A stretch of 64,000 nucleotides of DNA from Lingula anatina (lineage: Eukaryota > Animalia > Brachiopoda), in contig CM120640.1 in NCBI GenBank assembly GCA_051362555.1, forward strand, positions 23,794,225-23,858,224. Direction: 5' to 3'. Of the stretch, positions 23,382 through 37,300 are shown in pieces. Under the pieces are notes generated by a model. It had not been told where the DNA came from, did no database searches, and was given only the letters and a program-made list of their open reading frames with translations. The number at the start of each line of letters is the position of its first letter. Position 1 is the stretch's first letter. Made by a program: the position numbers and the translations under genes.

Positions 23382-23651
23382 TCATTCTATATTGTGCTCA
23401 AATGTCTCGAACTGAACATAGAAAAGTGCATTAGCATGTTTAATACACAAAAACGCATAATATTCGCTTTTAAGTAATCTCCTTAAGCGAAATGCTGTAA
23501 ACGTTTTTAACGGGATAGCTTCTTCCAAAATAATGGTCTTTCGATTTATGAGGTTTGTAATTTGCAAACCATGCCAATTTATCATCAAATATGGTCTGTA
23601 AATTCCTTCAACTCTTAAAATATCAAACGAAAAATGTCCAAAAATGTCCAA
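23382..23651 (-). pseudogene. C-terminal remnant of an env-like ORF
   Basis: Frame starts at the element boundary; PYLMINWHGLQITN...AIPLKTFTAFRLRRLLKSEYYAFLCIKH resembles, from memory, the tail of env-like ORFs in marine-invertebrate Gypsy elements. Confidence 0.5.
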
Positions 23652-23861
23652 CAGTACATTTTATGTACACTGTACTTGAAGTAGAAAATTGAGAGTGATC
23701 ATAGCATTTTAATGTATTTTAGAAAAATAGAAAGTGAAATTGAATATTAACTAAGCTGTGTGTCATGAAATGAGATCAGTATTCTGGTGAAGTGACTTTT
23801 GTATATAATGAACAGAGTAGCTGCAATACCGGAATAATGCACTATTTAAAGGGTGCTCTTT

Positions 23862-24791
23862 TACGGAGCTTTGTTAGTATCATATTAACTTTTTTTTATT
23901 TTCATTTAAGTTTTATGTTATGGAATTTTCACCGCGGTGAAAATTATTTCTACCGCGGTGAAAAATAATTTACACCGCGGTGGAAAATAATTTACACCAG
24001 GGTGGAAAATAATTTTCACCACGGTGGTAATTCCTGGCCATCTCGGCCCGGGTAATGTATACATGTAGGTTATACGAATCCAATATTTACCAGATGTCTG
24101 GAAAGGACGTTGATAAAGACAAGCACATGCACATGCACGCGGTTTAACCGTCTATGTGCCAATCATCCCAGGAATCTGGAGGAAGCGGGCAGTATTCGAT
24201 AGATTAAAAATCACCGAAATGCTGCAATGTTGTTCGTGGCTTTTCCCTTTATAATAACTTGCGTATTCTTGGGAATATTGGTAGAAAGAAACCTTTCCGA
24301 AGAAGCCGAGATTACATCTATTAAGATAAGATCTAAGAAACACATCACAAAAAAATATTTAAAAATACATTGTCCAAAAATAATGTTAAGTATTTAGTAA
24401 TAACAATGGGATTCCCTTTGCATAAAACTGCAAGAGGGACTTTTAATTATATAGGTGGTAAATATAGATGGGAAACGGCAGTGGCCCCACGAACAGATCC
24501 ACCAACCTTGTGTGTATGTAACAATAGCATGCACCGTGACGGAATCTGGCAAATGTAAGGTTCTCATTACCTATTCATCACCCGGGCCGAGATGGCCAGG
24601 AATTACCACCGCGGTGAAAATTATTTTCCACCGTGGTGAAAATTAATTCCCACCGCGGTGTAAATTATTTTCACCGTGGTGAAAATTATTTTCACCGCGG
24701 TAGAAATAATTTTCACCGCGGTGAAAATTCCATAAAATAAAACTTAAATGAAAATAGAAAAAAGTTAACATGATACTAACAAAGCTCCGTA
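23862..24791. mobile_element. IS3EU-like non-autonomous DNA transposon (MITE)
   Basis: TACGGAGCTTTGTTAGTATCAT termini; ~190-210-bp TIRs containing tandem TTTTCACCGCGGTGAAAA palindromes; 6-bp TSD CTCTTT (23856-23861, 24792-24797). Confidence 0.85.
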
Positions 24792-27700
24792 CTCTTTGTA
24801 TTTATATTAGAAGCAGTGGTGTAAACCCGGGATCCGTAGATCTTTTGTCACGATAAATGACTGGGTAAGTCAATCCCTTTAAATGCCCTCTTGCAGTACA
24901 TTAACAGGAAAACACAATAGCAATAGGTATAGATAATACAGCACAGAAGGGATCACAGATCCAGAGGGACAGACAAGATTGAGAGATTGTAAGTTTAAGG
25001 ATCTGAGACAGATCACTTATCATCTTCGATAAAGGCAGGAGACAGAGCAGGACCTTATGTAAACTTTAAGTGACACAAGCTATAGATGGTATTTATTGAT
25101 CATGGCATATTATCTTGTGTTAATGTAGGTATATATATATATATATGTATTTTAAAGAGCGGCCAGGAAATGAACCCAGTGACGGGAGAATCCAGACACA
25201 ACATAGAATACATTGAAGTTTTACAGTTCATTCAATTTTACCAAGTTTAAATATAGATATAAATTCACTTTTAATTGCTGTTCAGATGTTTTATTCATGC
25301 ATATTTAAGGCATTTCCAAGACTGTGCATTTTTCAAATTTAAATGATTATTTTTAGCTGTTTGATCCTTAAGCATTAAACTGAAAGTGTCATGCAGCCAA
25401 TGCAGATCCAGGAGGAAGGCAGTCCAAGGATGTCAACAATGTATAATATTATTATTAACCTCAAAGTTTTGAACTTTCATCTACAAAACAAAACCCCAAC
25501 TTTACTTAATAATGTTAAACAATCAATATATTGGCTCCGGTATATGCTGCTGAACCTATAGCTCGAGCTACGCTACTTGGATCACTCAGCTTTAAACACG
25601 AAACAATCTGAAAATGACAGGATAAGATTTTAACCTGAGATAAATCGGGCTGGTGCAAAGTTGCGTACGTCAGCCCTTGCCAGTGGAGGCTGATACCTTG
25701 AAATCGGGTAACTGAGTGTCTGTGTTTTGGGGTTTATGTCATGTTTTTTCTGTTGATGTCACTTTTAAGTGTCGTAACTGTTTGGGAGGCTGGAGAATGT
25801 ACATATTAACATCCCATCCTCCATCTTTTGTTTAGCAGTAGGGAACTCGAGGATCAAAGTATGACCTGGCCTGTTTCACTTATGGTTTCTCACCCCTCCT
25901 CCACCCTACCCATTTAATCTGGTCTTATCGCTATTTAATTTGGCCATTTATTGGTAGATGATGGCTTATTTTAAAGAAAGGAGGTTCCGAAAAACATCCT
26001 TATGTGATTCAGTTTGCTGATATACAGTTTTAACTGTATATAATTTTTTTTTTTAAATCCTAGCTGTTACTTATTAGGTAAATGTAGTTTTGTAGATTGT
26101 AACTTAACCCCCGTTAGATCAATCACTACATTGTACACAAAATTGTCACAAAGAAAACTTAAATAGTTGAAGAATTGTATGTACATTGAAAAATAATTAA
26201 GGCAGGTAGAGACCATGCACCCCACTAACTCTCCCAGCTATATTATTCTGCAGTGGCAACATTTGTAATCAACAGGTGCCTGACTGCTTTTGTATAAATA
26301 TCAGATATTTTGATATAGATGGTTACAGCACTTTTGTATAGACTTAAGTATAGTTTTCTGTTGCTTTTAGCAGTTCATGCTAGCTGTAAAAGCAAACAGC
26401 TTTATCTTTTGATCAGCTGACTTAGTTTAAGGAAAATCATGTATACTCATAAGTGTGTCAAGGTGAAAGGCAAAGGACTGTAGCGGGGTTCATAGACAAA
26501 ATCAACCTACCAGTGAATGCATGCATCCAGTTCTTTGTTGAGTCTCTCTACAGACAAGGTAACTGTCACTGCAACTCATACTTCTGGCAGGGTAAGTAAG
26601 TGCAGTCACTTTCAAAGAAATATTTTTAAAAAGGGTCTTATACAAAAATAATTTAACTATTAATAAGACAAGCAAGCAGTGTTATGTGTTGTTAGAATTG
26701 AGCTCAATCATAACCTGCAGATGATTCATCCTTGCAAAGCTATTCAGGTGAAATTTTGTGTGAGAAGAGACTGCGTGAGTGGGTCACTCAGGTTATGACA
26801 TAACTATCCATTGATAATTGCAACCTTAGTATTTTTTTTATTGAGTTTGTATGGAACAGACTGTTGATTCTAAAAAAGAATATTTGTGTTGTTAGCATGC
26901 CATGTGCACTTGGATGATGCAATGACCAGTTAGCAAAGTCACTTGGGAATGTCTTATATACCACCACTTTTTTTACACGTGTGTGTTGTATGTTTTTTAC
27001 TATTGATGCCAAATGTCTGCATGCACAACATTTGTCATAGAATAATGAGGACAATCATAGCAATATTTTTTCCTGTATTTTCTCAAATTTCAGTCAAACC
27101 ATCACAATTGAAATGAATGAGTGACACTGTTGAACCTCTGTCATATTTCAAAGATTCTTGACCCTTCATTTAGTACTGTCTTCCTTGCTGTTCCTCTCAA
27201 CTTTTTAAGGGGTTCTAAGTATGTCAGATATTTCTTCACGCAAACATTGTAATGAAATTTGAAACTTGTTCTGTGATATGTGAGTGTTTTGTCAAACCTA
27301 ATGCTCCACCTGGCTGTGTAATGACATAAGATAACCCTGCTATGTTTTCCCCCATAGAATTCTTGACAGCTGCATATTATTGGCTTTATGGATCATGTAT
27401 TGAAATCGTAGATTTACTGACTGTCTTGTTTGTTTGGAAAATTATACGAGTGATGAACAATGCAATGGTCCTGTCAAAACGTTATATTTTAAAAAGTCCA
27501 TTGCACAAGTCTCAAGTTTCAAAAATTATCACCATATGTGATTTTGAGATTGGTGGCAAGTTTTCATTAATCATCAGTCAGAGGGAAAAACATCCTGTTG
27601 AAGGTCCTGAAAGTATAACTGTAATCAGGTTTATATATCAGGTAATTTTCCATGATAAAAAAGGATGAGGTTACATTAAGACTTTTATTTTACAAAATGA

Positions 27701-28815
27701 CAAAGAAATTAACGAGCGTGGTGCATTTTGTATACATTGAAACACTGTTGGAGAAAACATCTTGGTCTTGATTCAGAATAATCAGATCTCGCGCATAATA
27801 TTAAACAGAATTCTAATGTTTATTTTAAACCATTTAAGTGGTACCAGGTACCTTTATTGGTTATCAGTATGAAAAGAGGTTAAATCACAAATTGACTTGC
27901 GGTCAAGTAGCAATTCAAATTTTCTATATGCTCTTAAATTTAATAATGTGATTAATATTTACAAAAGTCCGAGTATACGTACCAGGCTAAATACCCCCTT
28001 AAACTGAGCTGCAATTTTTTCAAACTTCATGATTGTACATATTTCTGTCTGATGTGAGGTGGCTTCATAATTGATATAATAAGGTAGCACAATTATTGTT
28101 TTTTGCAATTCAAGAGTCTAAGATGTGCAAAAACTAATATTGTGCCATTACTGAAAATTACTAATTAATGCACCTTGATAATTTTAATGTAAAATAATGC
28201 AATTATGATTACTTGATACATAGAGGTTGTAAATGATATCCCAAAATTTATTTTTTATTGCATTTAAACCACAAAATTGATTTAAGCCATAATATAAATG
28301 CAACTGACCCTCAGGTTGTAGATGCTGGACAATGAATTCTGTTTTATTGAGTCCAGAATGTAACAATAAATGCATGTTTGGCTTTCTGTTCAACCTAGAA
28401 TGAAAGGGTTCTGTATGAAATCAATTTACATAGCATGAAGTAATAATGAAAGACAGCTAAGGGGCTGAATTTCTGTAACGCTTTTGGAGGAATGAAAGCC
28501 CGTCTCCTTGAGAATTCTGATTGCATGTTATAGGTCAGCTCAAGCTGAGTAGAACTGTGGGTTTTATATATTCTACGTAACAAGTAACTGTTATACAGAG
28601 TACTAAAGGTCTGAGTCTACCTTGTATTCTCTGGCTTTAAGTCAAGTTAAGTGGTATTAGAAGGACTATAGTGTTTTAGCTCCACCTATATAAAGCTGAG
28701 CCTCCTCAGAAAAGCTTATTAGAAGCTAAATGGTGGAAGTAAGGTACAGTGTAAATGCTATGGGTGTTACAAAAACTCCCCGACAAGAATGAGTGGTAGG
28801 TACATATACATATTC

Positions 28816-28851
<36 letters not shown>

Positions 28852-29053
28852 AATGTATTTTACATGTTGAGTAGTTAAAAAGATTATTTTACTCAGATAT
28901 TTCACAAAAGGTAGAGTTAAAGGGAGGGCAATTAAGCCAAAATTGAATTTTAATTTGATTTTACAATGTTTGTATATTTATTCAATGCCATATAAAATCT
29001 AAGGACTGGCAAAGCACCTAATGTTTTAATAAAGATCTATTTACAGAACCCAC

Positions 29054-31021
29054 TTATTAGTACCACCAGCGTGTACGCTGGCGGTACTCATGGTTTTAGT
29101 CCCGACCCGTCTCGTACAGCTCCGCCGGCTCCGCCGGCTCATGCGGCTCCGCAGGATGACGTGGGATACAAGTCACCGTTACCGCTTCTCCTCTTAGACC
29201 GCAAGGACCCGTGTCCCTATCTCTTGGATTTTGGTCACATATAATCTCAACTTGAACCCCCTGGTTTTTTTGTCTCAGTCGGTGCATTGGCCTGGGCGTG
29301 GCGCTCGTTGTAACGCACCCTTGTCAAAATTTTTGAAAATTCAATGCTAAATATCTCCCATACCGAAGGAATTATGGGAAAAATTTCTACAGATGGCTGA
29401 CCGAAAGTCATATGTGGAGATTTCAAATATGCCCTTGGATTTGAACTTTGACCTTTATTTCAAGGTCAAACGGGCCAAAATTTTCTAAAAATGAGAATTT
29501 TTTGCAAAAAAATTATTATTTTATGCTGATTTTCAGAAACTTCACAGATCTAACTTATAATATTATGGACAGGTGTTACCCTTAGGGTCTTCTTTCAGCT
29601 TCGTGAGTTTGGGGTCAATCGGTGCATTTTCACGGGAGTAGCGACCATTAGATGCCAAAACTGAAAACTCTCTCAAATTCTGGAACTGTTAATGCCAGAG
29701 ACCTCTTGTTTTTTGCAGTTTGTAGAGCTTGTCAAGCGCAACACTGAAGGTGGTGTCTGTTTATTGTTTTCGATATTTAGTGGTGAAAATAAAATGTGAA
29801 ATACTACAAAATTAGCAGAGATACACCCATAGTTACTATTGAACTTGAATAGGAAGTCATATACTTGAAATCTAACTGTGACCTTGAAATTGACCTTTGA
29901 CCTACTTTTCATGATGAACTGCACTTTGCAAGTTTTCTGATTTTTATATCTCCAAAACTGACAAAGATATGCCCATAGTTACTGTTGAACTCGAATAGGA
30001 AGTCATATACAGGCAATCTTACTGTTACCTTTAAATTGACCTCTGACCTACTTTTCACCATAAACTGAACTTTGCAAATTTTCTCTCGCTTATATCTCGA
30101 AAACTGGCAGAGATACGCCATTAGTTACTATTGAACTTCAATAGGAAGTCAATTTAACTGTGACCTTAAAATTGACCTTTGACCTACTTTTTACCATGAA
30201 CTGAACTTTGCAAATTTTTGTTCCTTTTTATCTCCAAAACTGGCAGAGATAGGTCCATAGTTACTATTGAACTTGAATAGGAAGTCATATACTGGCAATC
30301 TAGGTGTGACCTTAAAATTGACCACCTACTTTTCATCATGAATTGAACTTTGCAAATTTTGGTTCCCTTTTATTTCCAAAACTGGCAGAGATAGGTCCAT
30401 AGTTACTATTGAAGTTGAATAGGAAGTCACATACTGGCAATTTATATGTGACCTTGAAATTGACCTTTGACCTACTTTACACTATAAACTGAACTTTGCA
30501 ACTTTTTTATTGCTTATACTTTCAAAACTAGCAAAGATATGCCCATAGTTACTATTGAACTTGAATAGGAAGTCATATACTATGATGTTGAAATTGACTT
30601 TAACCTACTTTTTCACCATGAACTGAGCTTTGCATATTTTCTTGCCCCTCATATCTTCAAAACTAGCAGAGATGTGCCAGGTGTTGCCCCTAGGTTTTCT
30701 CTTTTGTCAGCATATATGCACCACTGACAACACATTTTAAGGAAAACCAATTAGGCCTTTTGTCTAGAGAATCACAGGAGTGATCAATGGTAGGACAATG
30801 CAGGTCAGTTCAAAAATCTGCTTTGATGTACCATTTTTATTTATATTTTTTGGCATATTTTGAGAACTCTTGTTGATTGCATTTTATAGAGCTTGTCAAG
30901 CACAAGACTAGTGATGGTGTCCCTTTTTTTTGGGGGGGGGGGGATTCCATACAAATGCGCTTACTCCAGCTGGTGGTACAATATCTGGAGGCAGTATCGC
31001 CTCTCTGATCCTCTAGTTTTT
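29054..31021 (+). mobile_element. Helentron-associated non-autonomous element (HINE/DINE-1-like)
   Basis: 5' subterminal repeat GTACCACCAGC (29060) with adjacent inverted copy (29077); GCCGGCTCC short repeats; 3' subterminal repeat GCTGGTGGTAC (30969); hairpin GAGGC-N6-GCCTC; CTAG plus T-run end; no TSD. Confidence 0.8.
29810..30675. repeat. ~146-bp tandem satellite array, ~6 units
   Basis: TTACTATTGAACTTGAATAGGAAGTCA recurs at ~29833, 29979, 30125, 30261, 30403, 30549. Confidence 0.92.
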
Positions 31022-34000
31022 AATAGAACCACATTTGATGTAGTTTAAAGAGGATAAGACGTCATATTTTGAAATGTTTACAGGACTATAATTAGATTCT
31101 GGTTTTAACACTCAGGCCCTTGTGAAAACTGGTTTGGTACAGGTACTTTGGTTATCTTGGACTATGGCTGACTCTTTGGATGAATTAAAAGTCCTCTGAT
31201 AGGAATTGCATGGGAAATTCAAACATATGTCTTTTTATTTGATTGCACCCTGATACCAAATAGTGGCTGAGCCAATGTCATTGATTGTCAGCATGGTTTA
31301 GGTTGGCAGTTGAGGTTGGTTGGTTTGGTCTGAAGTTATGCCATCAACAAGTGCCCCCAGTTGCGAATCAATGTCCACATGTCCTTACTGCAGTAAACTC
31401 TTGTTAAAAATTTATTCCTTGCTTTGCTGCAGTATTGTGTTGCAGCATAATTTTTGTATGTAGATATGTTAACAAACTTTATCAAAGTAATTTGACTAGT
31501 TTTATAATTCTGACATGGTCCAACATAACTGAAGCCAGTGTCCAGACATCACCACAACCACTGTATGCGATCTGCATGGAATTATTTACTTAGAAAAAAA
31601 GAGGTATATTTAACATGTACGTGTAGTTTAGTGTAGTGCAAAAATATCTTGTTTCATATTTTTGCATCTTTTTGCATTATTTTGGCATACCCTTGCACAC
31701 AGGGGTCATTGGTGATCTATATGAGCCAAAACAAAATGTGTTGAAAATATGTTGTTATGTATTCAATTCATGATTTTAAGCATAATTGACCTATAACACC
31801 TTGGGATTTCACTGAAAATAAAAGTGCAAACAGTAGTATCCCATAATTCCCGCATAAAGCTTCAAATAGCAGGCCTGAAAACTTTACTTCTCTCTCGTTT
31901 GAATATGGGCAATGAAAAGCTTTTGAGTGTGATATCCACATCTGTACAAAAGCACCTGTTGTATAACCAATATGTAAAAAAAATCTGACAATAGGTTAAG
32001 AACTCTGCACACACCAAGTCTGGTGCATGCTGGTGAGTGGATTTCAGGAAATCAAATTTTCTTTCGTTTCTTTGTACAGCTGTCACATTTTAATGTAGTT
32101 ATCAGTGAAAACACATTCATGGAAAATGTGATAAAAAGAATTGGTTTGATATTTTTGCAATAAAAAATCGTATTTAAATTAGGCTTTCTATTTACTGATC
32201 TTTGTAACTTGACGTTTTTGTGGAATTTATGTTTAAGCTATGATTATGTTATTGCAGATTTGATATTTTCAGTGTATAAGTAATGCAGTTTAAGGCAGCA
32301 AGACGTTAAAACAGTTGTGAAACATTAAAGATAAAATGAGAACTTTATTATTCTTGCAATTTACAGTAGTGAAAAACAACTGAAAATGCATAGTCATTCT
32401 ATAGAATTGCTTGACCCACTGGCAAATAAAAACAATTGAAGCCCATTTTGTTTAAAGAATAACAGCTGTCATGAAATCGGATTTTAAAATGTTAAAATGA
32501 AAACATGGATTATACAAGACAGCTTTTCAAAATAAAAAAAGACTGTTATTTGGAGTACAAATGATTTGTTTAACTCAAGAAAGAAAAACATTTAATGTAA
32601 TATTTTCATTAAGCACATAATTATATACCTCAGGTAACTTTAATATACTGTATTCTAGCAATACATATTCAGTATTTTCATTTGGAAAATCATTTAATTT
32701 TTAAAAAATTGACACAATATGAGTCCAATAGGAGAAATTAAACAAATTGGCTTTGCAGTTATGGCATGGGCAATGAGAACACACAACTATGGTGCATCCT
32801 CGATGACAGATTTCCCAGAGGACCAGTATACTCAAATACATAAGAATTGCCCCTTGAATGCTAAACACTTTTTCAATTCACTCTTCAGAATCTGGTCAAT
32901 ACTTGAGGTGGCAGCTTTCATTTTCAAGTCTAGCAACATTATAATTCTAGAGGGTCTGATGCCACTTCTAGGGGATCAAAGTGATTACATTTTTCCAATG
33001 AAGAGCTTTTCCAGAGCCTTTTGCAATTGAATTTTCACCTCATTAAGGAATGACTTCAGTATGCTTTCAAGTCACAATTCCCCAAGAGGATTGTAAAATC
33101 AATTATTTGGATTTCAAGAATGAGAAACAAGTAAGGTTCTGCCTGAAGGAAGAACAACAGTTTTCTCTATCAGAGCACTTAGGTCTGCTGTACTGTGACT
33201 GTATATGTGTCCCTTAGAAATATCTTATATACACAGTGCATGAGCCAAATAATTACTAGGAAGAAGAGGTCATCACTATAATCTCAAAAGGTGACCGAGG
33301 TCCAGTGCAAGTAAAAGCCTGGTCAGAATAGTTACATATCACATTAATGATTTTCTTGAAGTAATTAAAATGTTTCTTGTAAGCTTTTTGACACTTAAGA
33401 GTACCCATCTCCAGGATTTGAACTTCTGACATGACATTTATAAAAGAAATAGCAATGATCTTATTGCAGGAACTGTTTACCGTCTTGCATTAGTATATTG
33501 GGATAGCAAAATTGTGATGCCCCCTCTCCACCTCTCTTTAAGCCTAATGATCTGGGCAATTTCTTTGATTTTTTTCTATTATCCCTTTCACAACACCTAC
33601 AATGTATCTAAGTGGGAGTTGGCCAGTTTTGGTTGTTTTAATGGTTACACAATTATCATACCCATTTGAAAATGTACCAAAGTCATATTTTGTCTATAAA
33701 TCCAGCAAAGCAGTTTTACCCAATTGATACCTTAAAAACAATAAAAAAAGTAAAAAAAAAGTACCTGGGATTTCTTTCTGTATTGAGATTTCCTTCTGAA
33801 ATGTCAGGATGAAAGAAATTGCAATCTATATGATTCATGATTCTTTAAAAATGAAATTATGTAATTAGAAATGTTATGAAACATCGAATCCAAGTGTTGT
33901 GATACATAGACCAGTGATTCCTAGGAAGGAAAAAAAATTTTTTTTCTCAAAGAAAATTGGATTTGGTGTGAAAATCCAATATAGGATACCTAAAAGAATG

Positions 34001-34325
34001 TCAGGATTCAAATTATGTACATATATATTGGATTGATTTTTTGATTTGATAAATCATGGCACATGTAGAGTTGATGTAATGTAGTATGATAGAAGTATTT
34101 CAGTTCTGTACTTACGTAAATCAGATATATCCTTAGAACACTTAATGGCAATACCGTGTCCATTTTCCTGAATATTTCTTAAACAACCTTTATTGTAAAA
34201 TGGTGAGAAAATATGATAAGTGCAAAAAAACATGAGATTTTTAAGATCAGGTTTTGAGGGTTTATTCTGAGTGGGTATTTACTTCATATACGTAAAAGTG
34301 ACACATTATAATTGCAGGCCTGATT

Positions 34326-37300
34326 TAGTCCAGGAATTTGGTGAAAAATTGTGCATTTTTTACCTACAAGCATGAAATTTGGCACACCTATGGACAATGA
34401 AATTCTAAGCAAATTTGGATATATGGGCATGTCTGAAAATTCCAAAATGGCCGTCAAATCTAAGATGGCCACCAAAATACCTTTTCAAATTAAAACTTCA
34501 AGTACATAGTCTTCTACTGACTTAAAATATCATATAAAGGTTAGAAAACACCATGGTATGAATCCTTCAGGTGTATAAAATCCAAAATGGCCGCCAAAAG
34601 TAAAAAAGCAGACCATTTATTCAAGATATCCATTAGAATGGTGAATTCATCAAGCACTTAAAACTACAAGCATAAAATTTGGCACGTTTGTGGAAAATGA
34701 AATTCTGAGCAAGTTTGGATGTATGGGCATATCCAAAAATTTAAAAATGGCCCCCAAATCCAAGATGGCCTCCAAAAATACGGGTCCTTATTAAAACTTC
34801 AAGTATACAGTCTTTTAAGGGTTTAAATATCATTCAAAGGTTAAAAAACACCACAATATGAATTCAGAATCAATATCTGCTTCTTTAGGTGTATTAAATC
34901 CAAAATGGCCGCCAATAGTAAAACGCATTCTACTAATCCAAGATATCCAGCAGAGTGGTTTATCAAAAACTACAAGCATGGCATTTGGCACGTTGTAAAA
35001 CAGGATTCCAAGCACTTATTGATGTATGGGCATGTCTAAAAATTCCAATATATGGCCCCTAAATCCAATATGGCCGACACAAATACCCGTTCAAATTAAA
35101 ACTTCAAGTATATAATCCTATAATAGCTTAAGATAACATTTTATGGTTAGACAAGACTATGGTATGCATGAAGTATCAATATTTGCTTCTTTAGGTGTAC
35201 AGAAATCCAAAATGGCCTCCAAAAATAAGAAAAACAGGCCACTCACAGCAGCAGTATGGTGAATTGATTATGCACTTAAAACTACAAGCATGAAAATTGG
35301 CACAATTGTACAGAACAGGATTCTAAGCAATTTTTTAAATAGGGACATGTCTGAAAATTCTAATATGGCCACTAAAACCCTTTTAAAGTAAAAAGTCTAC
35401 TTCATAATCTGACTTACAACAAGCTTTACTCTTTTTTGGTTATTCGCCCTTTTAGTTAAATTAAGATCTAAATGACCGTAAAAAGTGGAACAGGACTCCT
35501 TTTGGTCCAGTTGTGACACCACATGCAGCAATTCTATAAATGTCAAGGATATGAAAATGTCAAGGTATTTTCACAAATAAGTTTCAAATTAACAAAAGTT
35601 ATTTAATCAAGTAGGTGTTGCACATTTTATGGACGATCAACCTATTACTTTAGTAAATGGACAATATCTCAACAGAGGATAACAGCTAGCTACACCGAAA
35701 TTTCTACTTATTTGGTCAAATAATTTTCATTTATTTATGTGTGCCTAGCTTTAGTTGTGTTTCCCTCAGCTTTCCCAGAATTTGCCTAAAGCTATAGCTT
35801 CTACATGTAATCCACTTTCCCCAACAAAATACCAAGAGGTATTGGTAATTTTTAACACCAGAAAGCATCAGTTTACATGCGTGAGGGTCAATAGGAATAT
35901 GAAAGTGTGGTAGGGCATATGAGTAGATGTAGGTTACTAGTGTGAGCCCTTATAGGACCAGTCTTCCAATGCTTCTGACTCCCCTCACCACAGTTAGCAA
36001 TTGCACACATAACTACAAACAGATGTGGTAGGAGCTACCTGCGAAAAGTAGGTTTTGTTATCTGGGTAAGTGAATACTCCCCATGGCTTCATTCTGGATT
36101 GTCCCAAAGAGACAATGATGCCGGAAATCTCATGAATTTTTACCTTTCAAAGTCCATATTGCACTAATTTCTTGGTGTAATCCTCAGAATACACTGTGAA
36201 TTTTTGAAGCTTTGTATGTATTAACTTTCTGGAGGATTTTAATTCTTTTATTTTCATGTTCAGTTATTTGAAAGCATAAGTTTGTAACTAAACAAGTTGC
36301 CAAATGATCAAATGAAAACCAAAGTTTGGCGCCTATCAGTGCTTCTTTTTTAGTGCACGAAGTGTGAAGCCTGCAATGCAACTCTTGGATATAGCACGTA
36401 TCAACACCTGCCCTCTGTTTGGGGTTTTTCTTTGCTCATAAATTTTCAGTAGCCATTACTGCGAATGTACTAAATCCATTTCTTGAAATAAGAAGCTTTT
36501 CTAATTTACTTTTGAAGCATAAGATAACATCATAACATTACCGAGTGCAAATGTGCCCCTTCTTTTAGTACTTTACCAATGCAAAACACCAAATTGTTGA
36601 GACCTGTATGTTTGATTAGCTGTCATTTTTGTTATATTTGTGAGCATTTGATGAAGCACCATGCACTGATCTAGCTGAATAATCATAACCAACAGACAAA
36701 ATTGGTACACCCCAAGCTTTTTTATATTTGCCTATTTAAGGCTAAGTTATTCTGGTGTTTCTTTCACATTTTATGGATTTTGCACAATACTTTTTTTCTT
36801 AGAAAGGGGGAGTCACTCATGAGTGCCATATAAATAGATCGCTAACTGGGAATTGATGTAATTGAGAATCCAGAGCAAAAAGCCAAACTGCTTATGTTGG
36901 TTTATCAAAAGAAGGACTGTTTTCAGTACATAATAAATGTATCATGCTTGATGTTTTTTTTTAACTCTGTAGAATACACACACACCTGTACCTGCACAGG
37001 TAGGAATATTCTGATTATACAGGTAGTTGTAAAGCCCACATGCCTATTCACGAGTGATTACAATTCAATAATTGTGGTCCGCTGACTTTTGGAGGCCATT
37101 TTGGAAATTTAAAACCTTAAGTGGCAGATACTTATACTACATACATACTATGGTATTTTCTAACCATTAGATGATATTTTTTATTAAAGACTATACAAAT
37201 AACTTTCACCTTGAAAGGGTATTTTTGGGGCCATATTGAAATTGACTGCCATATTGGAATTTTCAGACATGCCCCTATATCCAACGTTGCTTAGAATCAT

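Larger units (their letters stand above)
21655..23653 (-). mobile_element. 5'-truncated Gypsy-like LTR retroelement: env-like tail, accessory ORF, 3' LTR
   Basis: GTAC TSD at 21651-21654 and 23654-23657. On the minus strand, a GAATTCGAGGACGAATTC hairpin and polypurine tract (PPT) GAAGAAAGGG precede the TGTTGTAA LTR start at 22175; AATAAA near the LTR end. Confidence 0.75.

Noticed and set aside
7287-23653. cGLR plus neighbouring retroelements as a functional defence island
   Set aside because: Proximity alone is not evidence in a transposon-rich animal genome; the insertions look independent
27835-28002. Possible TTAA-flanked MITE
   Set aside because: The inverted termini are too short and mismatched to call
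35400-37085. Transposase remnant inside the Academ-like element
   Set aside because: Only short ORFs with no identifiable motif
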